From: Polyangiaceae bacterium
GTDB lineage: Bacteria; Myxococcota_A; Polyangia; Polyangiales; Polyangiaceae
DNA length: 64,000 nt
Reading direction: 5' to 3'
Assembly: GCA_965222375.1 (NCBI GenBank)
Contig: CBDCTZ010000014.1
Span: 800,001 to 864,000 of the forward strand
In this document: in pieces, positions 18,265 to 26,490 of the stretch
Position numbering within the stretch: the stretch's first letter is position 1
Layout of the letters: each line of letters opens with the position of its first letter
Notes under the pieces: generated by a model
What the model was told of the DNA's origin: nothing
Databases searched by the model: none
What the model saw: the letters and a program-made list of their open reading frames with translations, nothing else
Program-made: the position numbers and the translations under genes

Positions 18265-19924
18265 TCCAGAGCGGCCGCCACGCGCAGGCTGGAAGCGCAC
18301 GCTCCCAGTGTGGGCCATGCTCAGCGTGGCCGGGCTCTTGGGATCCCTGGCGCCCAGCTGTCTGGAACGTCGCGATGATGAAAACGCGACCGGGGATGCC
18401 CGACGTTGCGCGAGCTGTCACGGTGATCCGAGCCGGGACGGAGACTTCTTGGCGCGGTCTGCTCCGCCGAACGACCTGGCTGGCGACACGGACATCTCTT
18501 TCCCCGGCGTTGGCGCGCACCAGCTTCACATGCAGGCCAGCAGCACCCATGGTCCCGTTCCCTGCGGCGAATGCCACACCGTGCCTGAGGCTACGGAGTC
18601 CCCGGGTCATGCCGACGACGCGCGCCCCGCCGAGCTGCGATTTGGCAGCATCGCCCAAACCGGTGGTCGCTCGCCGAGCTACGACTTCGCAGCTCGGCGC
18701 TGCTCTGACTCCTGGTGCCACCGGGATGCTGACGCTGTGTGGACGAAGCCCCGCTCGAGTGAAGACGCCTGCGGAAGCTGCCACGCCTTGCCCCCGGCGG
18801 CGCCGCATCCGGAGTCCAGCGAGTGCAGCCGCTGCCATGGCGAAGTCATCGGTGCCGACGGCAAGTTCGTGGCGCCCGAGCTGCACGTCAACGGGATTGT
18901 CGAAGCGGTGCCCGGTGGATGCTCGGACTGCCATGGCAGCGATGACAACTCTGCGCCGCCCAGGGACACCCAGGGCAACACGCAAGTGTCCGCCATTGGA
19001 GTCGGCGCCCACCAGGTGCACCTGTCAGGCGGCATGTCTAGCCGACCGCTCGAGTGCTCGGAGTGCCACACGGTGCCAACGGAAGTTGGCAGCCCGGGGC
19101 ACGCGGACGACTTGCCCGCCGAAGTCGTGTTGCTCGGCGTCGCCACCACCAGCGGCCGCGCGCCGACCTGGGACCGCACCGCCAAGACGTGTGCGGAGAG
19201 CTGGTGCCATTCCCCGAGCCCAGTCACCACCCAGCCGTCGCCAGATTGGACCGTAGCCGGGCCTTTGAGCTGCACGAGCTGTCACGGTTCACCGCCCCCA
19301 GCGCCCCATCCCCAGCGTACGGATTGCGCCCAGTGCCACGGAGACGTCGTGGCTGCTGACAACATGAGCATCAAGGATCCCACTCGCCATGTAGACGGTG
19401 TGGTCGATGTGTTGGCGAATCTGGCCTGCAACGTGTGCCACGGCAGCACCAACCCGGCGCCACCGCTGGACGTGGCCGGCAACAGCGCCACCACCTTTGC
19501 CGGGGTCGGCGCCCATCAGACCCACCTGGCCGGCTCCGCCATATCGCGCCCGGTGCCCTGCGAGGAATGTCACGAGGTTCCCACCGACTACAAAGACACG
19601 GACCATCTTGGCGCGTTGCCTGCCGAGTTGATTTTCTCCGGCGCAGCGGTGGCGAAGGGTGCAACGCCGGCGTATTCGAGCGGAACGTGTTCCAATACCT
19701 GGTGTCACGCTTCGAAGGGCGTGACGTCTGGAGGCAGCGTCCCCGCTCCCACGTGGACCAAAGTGGATGGCAGCCAGGCGACGTGCGGCGCCTGTCACGC
19801 TTTGCCGCCAACGACAGGGCACCCACAGATTGCGAACTGCAATCAATGTCACAAGAACATCGCGGCGGACAATCTCACCTTCCCGAACCCCGCGACCCAC
19901 GTGGACGGCAACGTCACCTTCTAG
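18257..19924 (+). CDS. CxxxxCH/CxxCH-domain multiheme cytochrome, 15 putative hemes in three modules
   Basis: 12 CxxCH plus CSDSWCH, CAESWCH and CSNTWCH; three repeats of APP..GVGAHQxH..CxECH; lipobox-like APSC. Confidence 0.95.
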   Translation: MSDPERPPRAGWKRTLPVWAMLSVAGLLGSLAPSCLERRDDENATGDARRCASCHGDPSRDGDFLARSAPPNDLAGDTDISFPGVGAHQLHMQASSTHGPVPCGECHTVPEATESPGHADDARPAELRFGSIAQTGGRSPSYDFAARRCSDSWCHRDADAVWTKPRSSEDACGSCHALPPAAPHPESSECSRCHGEVIGADGKFVAPELHVNGIVEAVPGGCSDCHGSDDNSAPPRDTQGNTQVSAIGVGAHQVHLSGGMSSRPLECSECHTVPTEVGSPGHADDLPAEVVLLGVATTSGRAPTWDRTAKTCAESWCHSPSPVTTQPSPDWTVAGPLSCTSCHGSPPPAPHPQRTDCAQCHGDVVAADNMSIKDPTRHVDGVVDVLANLACNVCHGSTNPAPPLDVAGNSATTFAGVGAHQTHLAGSAISRPVPCEECHEVPTDYKDTDHLGALPAELIFSGAAVAKGATPAYSSGTCSNTWCHASKGVTSGGSVPAPTWTKVDGSQATCGACHALPPTTGHPQIANCNQCHKNIAADNLTFPNPATHVDGNVTF

Positions 19925-19956
19925 ACGAAGCCGTTCGCCGCTTCGCGCCGAGCTGC

Positions 19957-19982
19957 GGCCGGGTCGGCGCGCCGACCCGGCC
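19957..19982. terminator. Perfect 26-bp palindrome between convergent cytochrome genes (likely hairpin/terminator)
   Basis: GGCCGGGTCGGCGCGCCGACCCGGCC is its own reverse complement; no U-tract. Confidence 0.45.
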
Positions 19983-20016
19983 TGCGGCAAAGCCGAAGCC
20001 TGCCCGACCCGCTCCG

Positions 20017-21786
20017 CTAGCGGTTTTTGCCGAATAGGTGGCAGCCCACGCAGGTTGCGGCTTCGGGCTCGTGGTTCTTCTGTGCCCGATGACAGCTCAG
20101 GCAGGTGGCTTTGGACGCGCCCCGCGCGGGTCCATGCCCGGTATGGCACTGGTTGCACTTGGAGTGCTCTTTGAAGGAGTGCAGGCCTGGTAGGTCTTGC
20201 TTCTTGTGGCAGCTGCCGCAGCTCGGCGGGCCTGCGACGCCACTGGGGCCATGGGGCCGGTGACACGATTGGCAGCCCTTCTTCAACAGACCATGGGCGG
20301 ACTTAGCTTCCGTCTTGTGGCATTTGACGCAAGGAGCTGACTTTGCGGAGCCACTATGCGGTTGGTGGCAACTGGTGCAGTCCTGATGCCCCGCCGGCGC
20401 GGTCCGGTGTTCTTCTTTGTGGCAGTCCCGGCACGCAGTACGCACTTGGCCGCCGTGGGGCTCGTGACACTTCGAACATTTGGTGTGTCCCTTGACTACT
20501 TGCTTATGGGACGTCTCGTGGCATTTGACGCAAGCTGCGGAGCGCGCGCTGGGCTTGTGCGGCAAGCCCTGGTGGCAGCTTTGGCAATTCGTGTGATCGC
20601 TCAGGCGACGGGCAACGGTTACCTGCTTGGCGTGGCAAGCGCTGCATGCGGCCAGGTTCGAGAGCGCGCGTTTGAAATTGTGTGGCGTGTGGCACTGCTT
20701 GCAGTCCGTGCCGCCGTGGTAGGCGCGTTCCGAGTGCGCCTCTTGATGGCAGCTACTGCAGTTGCGTGCGCGGGAGTGGCGGCGGTTCGCCGGCGGGTGG
20801 GGATCGTGGCAACCCACGCAGGTGCCCGCGTTGCCTTTCTTCGGGTGATCCGGCTTCTTGTCCTTGTGGCAGGCAGCGCAGGCTCGATCAGGGCTGTTCT
20901 TCACGTCATGAGCGGCGTGGCAGCTGTTGCAGCGCCCGTGATCACGCACCCGAGGCGCGCCGATGGTCCGGGTGCCGTCATGGCAGCTGGTGCACAGCAC
21001 CGCCTCGGCTTTGCCGAAACGATGGGGCTGGTGGCAGGCAATGCATTCCTTGTGGCCTTCGAATAGGGCTGCCGCCGGAATCGTCGGCTTTTCTTCGGCG
21101 TGGCACTTGGCGCAAGCGTCCTTCGCGTCGCTGGCCAAGCCGTGCTGGCTCTGATGGCAGGTGGTGCATACCTCGACCAGACCGCGGCCTTCCGCCGCGT
21201 GGGTGGTTTCCGTGTCGCCATGACACTCGCTGCAAGGGGCGGACTTTGGCTTCTGCCCAGCGTGGGGATCGTGACACTTCAAGCATTCTCGGGTTCCGTG
21301 AACCTCGACCGCCGGCGTGTCGCCCTGCGCTTCCTTGTGGCAGCGCCCGCAGTCGCCAGCGGGGTGTGGCTCGATGGCCGCATCCGGGCCGGCGTCTGTG
21401 CCACCGTCAAAGTCGTCACCCAGTACGAAGGCGTGACAGTCGAGGCAATCACTCTTGGCCTTCGGTCCCCAGCGCTCCTTGGCACCCTTCTCTGCGTGAA
21501 CGGACTGGGACTCGTCCTCGTGGCACTCGATGCAAGCGTCCTTTCGCACTTCCGCCACGGAGTCTTCGGTGATGTTGTGGCACTTGGCACAAGCGATCTT
21601 CTCGACCAACACGTGCAGGTGGTGACCACTAACGAGTCGCGACTCCATCCAGCTTGCTGGGATGTTCACCCCCTTGCCCACCGAAGCGCTGCCAGCATGG
21701 GAGTCGGCGTCCGCACAAGCCGCTAGCAGCGCCAGGGGTATGGCAGCGGCGAGCAGCATGGACAACGCGAAGTCGGATCGGTTCAC
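20017..21786 (-). CDS. 27-heme cytochrome c lipoprotein
   Basis: 27 CxxCH motifs counted in 589 aa; lipobox LAAC. Confidence 0.95.
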   Translation of the reverse strand: MNRSDFALSMLLAAAIPLALLAACADADSHAGSASVGKGVNIPASWMESRLVSGHHLHVLVEKIACAKCHNITEDSVAEVRKDACIECHEDESQSVHAEKGAKERWGPKAKSDCLDCHAFVLGDDFDGGTDAGPDAAIEPHPAGDCGRCHKEAQGDTPAVEVHGTRECLKCHDPHAGQKPKSAPCSECHGDTETTHAAEGRGLVEVCTTCHQSQHGLASDAKDACAKCHAEEKPTIPAAALFEGHKECIACHQPHRFGKAEAVLCTSCHDGTRTIGAPRVRDHGRCNSCHAAHDVKNSPDRACAACHKDKKPDHPKKGNAGTCVGCHDPHPPANRRHSRARNCSSCHQEAHSERAYHGGTDCKQCHTPHNFKRALSNLAACSACHAKQVTVARRLSDHTNCQSCHQGLPHKPSARSAACVKCHETSHKQVVKGHTKCSKCHEPHGGQVRTACRDCHKEEHRTAPAGHQDCTSCHQPHSGSAKSAPCVKCHKTEAKSAHGLLKKGCQSCHRPHGPSGVAGPPSCGSCHKKQDLPGLHSFKEHSKCNQCHTGHGPARGASKATCLSCHRAQKNHEPEAATCVGCHLFGKNR

Positions 21787-21911
21787 TAAGCCTGCATCAT
21801 AGCTGCGCCAGGCAATTGCGCCGACAAAGTGTATGCGCGAATATTGCGTGGGTTCTGGTCAATGCGAGGGACTTGCCGTCCGGCGTGCTTACCCATAATA
21901 CTCGCCGCATC

Positions 21912-22685
21912 GTGGAGCAGCACTGGCTTGGCTACGTCGCACTGGGGTGCGCAGGGATCGCGGCGGCCATCTTGATCGGCTACCTGGTGGTGCGCCCGGT
22001 GATCGACCTGCGCTCCAAGGTGATGCTACTTCTCGGCCTTGGCGTGTTCCCGGCGTTCTCGGCCACCGCGAGCACTGTTGCGGGAATGGAGGCAACGACC
22101 CAGCGCGAGTTCTGCGGATCATGTCACGTGATGACCGAGCACTTCGAGAACTCCGGGGATGGCAGGTCGCAGTCCTTGGCGGCGCGCCATTCGCGCAACC
22201 CGTTCTTTGGCGGTAACAGCTGCTACGTCTGCCACGCGGACTACGGCATGTACGGCTACGCCATGACCAAAGCCGGCGGCATGATGCATGTCTACCATTA
22301 CTACCTCAGCGGCTATCGCGGGATGTCCTTAGAGGACGCCAAGCAGAAGATCCGTCTGAACAAGCCCTACGACAATCTCAATTGTCGGCAGTGCCACACC
22401 AGCACGCTGCACGATTGGCGGCGCGTGCCAGATCACGAGTCGCTCAAGGCCGAGCTCGACAAGAACGAAGTCAGCTGCGCTAGCGCAGGATGTCACGGCT
22501 TCGCACATCCCTTCACCAAGACGGAAGAAGAGAAACGCAAGTCGAAGGCTCGATCCGGCAAGAAGCCCAAGGCTTCCGCTGCGCCGAGCGGCAGCGCGCC
22601 GACGGCCGGCAGCGCTCCAGCGAGCGGCGTGCCCACTGCGGGCAGCGCGCGACCTGCGGCTAGCGGACCGGAGCCAATGCCATGA
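21912..22685 (+). CDS. NapC/NirT-family membrane tetraheme cytochrome c (quinol dehydrogenase)
   Basis: Two N-terminal TM helices, TTQREFCGSCHVM, CYVCH, CRQCH and variant CASAGCH. GTG start at 21912 is inferred. Confidence 0.88.
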   Translation: MEQHWLGYVALGCAGIAAAILIGYLVVRPVIDLRSKVMLLLGLGVFPAFSATASTVAGMEATTQREFCGSCHVMTEHFENSGDGRSQSLAARHSRNPFFGGNSCYVCHADYGMYGYAMTKAGGMMHVYHYYLSGYRGMSLEDAKQKIRLNKPYDNLNCRQCHTSTLHDWRRVPDHESLKAELDKNEVSCASAGCHGFAHPFTKTEEEKRKSKARSGKKPKASAAPSGSAPTAGSAPASGVPTAGSARPAASGPEPMP

Positions 22686-22990
22686 ACAAGGTCACCAAGA
22701 CCCTGGTTCAACGCTCCGTCAGCCGCCTGCTCCAGGTCGGTTGCGTGTTGGCGCTTCTGGGTCTCGCATTGATGTCTTGGTCCATCTTGGACCCGTCGCC
22801 GTTGCCGGTGATTGCAGCCATGAGCGTGGGTCAGGTGCTCGGGGGCGCTGCGTTTCTCTGTTACTTGCTGGCCATTCTTGTCGACATGGTGCGAACCACG
22901 CCGCGGCAAACTGCGCACGGGCTCGAGCCGCCGCCGGAGGGTCCCTTTTCCACACGGCCTGGTGCGGCGGATCCTGACGACGGCACCTAA
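22682..22990 (+). CDS. Small two-TM membrane protein coupled to the NapC/NirT gene
   Basis: ATGA overlap with the upstream gene; two hydrophobic helices. Confidence 0.75.
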   Translation: MNKVTKTLVQRSVSRLLQVGCVLALLGLALMSWSILDPSPLPVIAAMSVGQVLGGAAFLCYLLAILVDMVRTTPRQTAHGLEPPPEGPFSTRPGAADPDDGT

Positions 22991-23181
22991 TTGCGTCGCG
23001 CCTCGTTGCCTGAACGCCAGCCCGCGTGGCAGCGGTCGAGCGCGCCCCGGCGCCAACCGGTGTCAAACCCATGACACCCGCTGTCTAAGAATCGCGGGTG
23101 GATGTTGAACTTTGCGCCCCGAAACAAACGCGCTTCCGTTGCGGATAACGCCACCCGAGCGCGCACGGCTTGCGCAAATTC

Positions 23182-23195
23182 TTGACCTACGTCAC
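23182..23195. promoter_or_regulatory. FNR/CRP-family-like box
   Basis: TTGAC-CTAC-GTCAC compared with the FNR consensus TTGAT-N4-ATCAA; lies in an AT-richer intergenic region about 160 bp upstream of the cytochrome at 23354. Confidence 0.4.
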
Positions 23196-23353
23196 GCACT
23201 ATTCCGCACACGAGCGCCCACCCGTCACTGCAATAAAATGCTGAGAATTCGGCTTTTCCAATCGATAGCTGCTGTGTATGAGCACGCTTGGGCTCGTTGT
23301 CACTGTCCTTGCATGCGCGAGAGCCGGGTCAAAGGGTCATAGGAGTGAAACTC

Positions 23354-24697
23354 ATGAAAACGGGATTGATACTGGGCGTGGGGGGACTGATTGCGTTGCT
23401 TGCCAGCTGTAGCGGAAGCGACGGTGCGGACGGCAAGACAGGCCCCGCCGGTGCCGAGGGGCCCGCCGGTCCCGCCGGAACCGCAGGCCCCGCCGGAACC
23501 GCAGGCCCCGCCGGCCCTGCCGGCCCCGCAGGCCCCGGCGCTGATGGCGGTGGTACCCCCGATGGCGGCTTGGTCACAGGTTGTCTCTCGCCCTGCCACG
23601 GATTCACCGGAATCGTGGAGCAGTGGAAGACCAGCACGCACTTTGCGGTCTACACCGCCAGCCTCGGTGGCGAAGAAGTCGCCTCGTGGACCGGCGCCCG
23701 CAACTGCGGTAGCTGCCACGCCTCGGACGCCATCGAGCAGCGTGTAGCTGGCAACGTTGGTTTCAAGGGCACGGCTGGGCCGACCAACGTCAAGGACGGG
23801 CAGCTGGGCTACCTAGACAGCACGAGCACCAAGTTCGCGGAAGCCACCTACGCTGGCCAGACTACGGTCGCTCAGGTCGGTTGCGTGACCTGCCACAGTG
23901 TCACTGCCGCAACGGATCCCCACAACACCGGTGCGGTCTATACCGCCGGCGCCTTCCCGCTGCGCGTGCCCACGGGCGCCACAGACGAGGCGTACATCGA
24001 GACGTCTTCGGCTGTCGGAACGGTTGACGGCACGAAAGCTGGTGCCTTCGGAGCGGGCAACGCCTGCGTGTGGTGTCACAAGTCTCGCAAGGACGTGACC
24101 AACTACATCGGTGCCAGCACCAGCATCTTCCACCGCTATTGGGGACCGCACGAGGGGCCGCAAACGGACATCTACTCCGGTAAGGGTGGTTACGAGTACA
24201 CCGGCCTCACCTACGGTTCGGGGACGCACTCGACCATCGCGTCGGGTTGCGTGAGCTGCCACATGCCCGGAGTCGTGGCGAACGGCAACATCGGCGACCA
24301 CTCGTTCTACCCGAAGGTCAGCACGTGTAACGCTGCTGGATGCCACACGGGCGCCACGGACTTCAACATCAACAGCGCAGTGACAGCGATGAAGCTCACC
24401 ATCGACGAGCTTCGTGCAGCGCTGAACACCAAGGGCTGGCTCACCCAGGATAGCTCGGCGCCCTATGGCCCGCTCACGGCAGGGCAGCTGGCCGACGACG
24501 ACTACGGCCACGACCACACCCGGCCGGGCGCCACGGGTCTGACGGCGGACGAAGCCGGAGCGCTGTACAACTACCTGTTGATCGCCCGCGGTGGTGATAA
24601 TGGTGTTCACAACCCGAAGTACACGCGGCAGCTGCTCTTCGACTCCATCAAGGCGGTCACGGGCAATAACCCAACCACTCTGCTCGTGCGTCCCTAG
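23354..24697 (+). CDS. Multiheme (about 6) cytochrome c lipoprotein with collagen-like stalk
   Basis: AGGAG RBS; lipobox LASC; (G-X-Y)n run; CLSPCH, CGSCH, CVTCH, CVWCH, CVSCH and CNAAGCH; C-terminal GVHNPKYTRQLLFDSI. Confidence 0.92.
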   Translation: MKTGLILGVGGLIALLASCSGSDGADGKTGPAGAEGPAGPAGTAGPAGTAGPAGPAGPAGPGADGGGTPDGGLVTGCLSPCHGFTGIVEQWKTSTHFAVYTASLGGEEVASWTGARNCGSCHASDAIEQRVAGNVGFKGTAGPTNVKDGQLGYLDSTSTKFAEATYAGQTTVAQVGCVTCHSVTAATDPHNTGAVYTAGAFPLRVPTGATDEAYIETSSAVGTVDGTKAGAFGAGNACVWCHKSRKDVTNYIGASTSIFHRYWGPHEGPQTDIYSGKGGYEYTGLTYGSGTHSTIASGCVSCHMPGVVANGNIGDHSFYPKVSTCNAAGCHTGATDFNINSAVTAMKLTIDELRAALNTKGWLTQDSSAPYGPLTAGQLADDDYGHDHTRPGATGLTADEAGALYNYLLIARGGDNGVHNPKYTRQLLFDSIKAVTGNNPTTLLVRP

Positions 24698-24763
24698 GAG
24701 GCAGCCCAACCCTTGACCTGTCGCCGCAACTAGCCTCCTGGTGCGGCGGGGGGGGCAATGCGC

Positions 24764-24797
24764 AGCGGCGGTGGCCACACGGTGTGGCGCCGCCGCT
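24764..24797 (+). terminator. GC-rich stem-loop downstream of the cytochrome gene
   Basis: AGCGGCGG-TG-GCCACAC...GTGTGGC-G-CCGCCGCT. Confidence 0.35.
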
Positions 24798-24930
24798 CGC
24801 CTATTTGGCGAAGTCGTTTCAGGACGATGGCAAGTTGCTCGTGACACAATGGCTAGCTGATCCGCTAGCCAAGAACGACTCTGGCGAGCCCGAGCGCGGT
24901 GTCGTAGTCTGAACGCTTGTTGGAGGTGTC

Positions 24931-26490
24931 ATGAGCCAGCGAGCGTCGCGCTTCGTCGTTTTGGGGGGAATCACTTCTCTGTGCGCCGGTGTTGCGTCTT
25001 GCAGCGGCGACATCAGCGGCGGTTCACCAGTCAAGGACGGCGGCGCCGCCGCCAGCAGCGGCAGCGGGGGCGCCAGTGGAGGCGGCGGCGGAACCACTGG
25101 AGGCAGCGGCGGCTTTGGGGCGGCGTCCGGCTCCGGCGGCGTCGCGGGCTCCGGCGGGGTTGCAGGGGCCAGTGGCGGCGGAGGCGCTGCGACCGGTGGC
25201 ACGGCTGGCAGCGGAGGCGCCGCTACTGGTGGAACGGCAGGAACCGGCGGCGCCGCGACGGGCGGCACCCCGGGCACGGGTGGCGCCGCGACGGGTGGCA
25301 CCGCTGGAACGGGCGGCGGCACGGGGGGGACCGCAGCCTTCAACTGCACGGCGGCCAGCGGTGCGGCTGGCAACCTCAAGCTCACCACCGTGGCTACCGG
25401 CTACAGCACGCCGCTGCTCGCCAAAAGTCCCAAGGGTGATGGCGCCCGCTTGTTTGTGGTCCAAAAGAACGGACGCATCCTGCTGATCAAGAACGGCAGC
25501 AAGGTGTCGACGCCGTTTTTGGACATTTCGGGGCGAGTCACGACGAACGCCAACGAACGCGGGCTGCTCGGTCTCGCTTTCCACCCGAACTTTGCGTCCA
25601 ACGCGCGCTTCTACGTGCACTACAGCAGTGGCAACACGGCGACGGCTCCTACCGGCAGCACCGTGATCAGCGAGTTCGTTGCTGGCACCAAGGCGTCGCC
25701 CAACGCGGCATCGGACACCGCCGATCCGAGTTCAGAAAAAGTGCTGCTCACAGCCAGCCAACCCTTCAGCAATCACAACGGCGGCTCGATCGAGTTCAAG
25801 CCCAACGACGGCAGCCGCTTGTTCATTGCTCTGGGTGACGGTGGCAGTGGGGGCGACCCACAAAACAACGGTCAGAAGCTGACCACCCTGATGGGTAAGA
25901 TGTTGCGCATCGACGTGGACACCACCACCGGCGGCAAGCAGTACGGCATCCCCGGCGGCAACATGACGGGCGGTGGCGCGCTGCCAGAACTCTGGAGCTA
26001 CGGCCTGCGCAACCCCTATCGAATCAGCTTCGACGCCTGCAACAGCGATATGTACATTGCGGACGTGGGCCAGAACGCATGGGAAGAGATCAACGTCGAG
26101 CCGGCGAGCTCCGCCAGTGGCAAAAACTACGGTTGGCGCGTGATGGAAGCCTCCAAGTGCTTCAATCCATCGTCGGGATGTGACCAGAGTGGCAAAGTGC
26201 TTCCCGCAGCCGAGTATCCCCACAGCCAGGGCTGCTCCGTGACCGGCGGTTACGTCTACCGTGGCTCCAAGATCCCGTGGCTGCGCGGAACCTATCTGTA
26301 CGCGGACTACTGCAGCGGCCGCTTTTGGTCCTTCCGCTGGACGGGCAGCTCCGCAGCCAGCAAGCAAGAGATCACGAGCGACATCAATCCGGGCACGTCC
26401 GTGAAAAGCATCACCTCCTTCGGGCAGGATGCCTACGGAGAGCTGTACATCACAGCCGGCGGCAGTGTTCGCCGCATCGACCCCGAGTGA
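24931..26490 (+). CDS. PQQ-dependent glucose/sorbosone dehydrogenase (GSDH) family lipoprotein
   Basis: ERGLLGLAFHPNF, NHNGG, LGDGGSGGDP, YGLRNPYRISFD and DVGQNAWEEIN motifs. Confidence 0.93.
   Translation: MSQRASRFVVLGGITSLCAGVASCSGDISGGSPVKDGGAAASSGSGGASGGGGGTTGGSGGFGAASGSGGVAGSGGVAGASGGGGAATGGTAGSGGAATGGTAGTGGAATGGTPGTGGAATGGTAGTGGGTGGTAAFNCTAASGAAGNLKLTTVATGYSTPLLAKSPKGDGARLFVVQKNGRILLIKNGSKVSTPFLDISGRVTTNANERGLLGLAFHPNFASNARFYVHYSSGNTATAPTGSTVISEFVAGTKASPNAASDTADPSSEKVLLTASQPFSNHNGGSIEFKPNDGSRLFIALGDGGSGGDPQNNGQKLTTLMGKMLRIDVDTTTGGKQYGIPGGNMTGGGALPELWSYGLRNPYRISFDACNSDMYIADVGQNAWEEINVEPASSASGKNYGWRVMEASKCFNPSSGCDQSGKVLPAAEYPHSQGCSVTGGYVYRGSKIPWLRGTYLYADYCSGRFWSFRWTGSSAASKQEITSDINPGTSVKSITSFGQDAYGELYITAGGSVRRIDPE

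Noticed and set aside
23354..24697. OmcS-type polymerising nanowire cytochrome
   Set aside because: The heme count is similar, but the lipid anchor, collagen stalk and C-terminal motif do not match what I know of OmcS; this cannot be supported without structure comparison.
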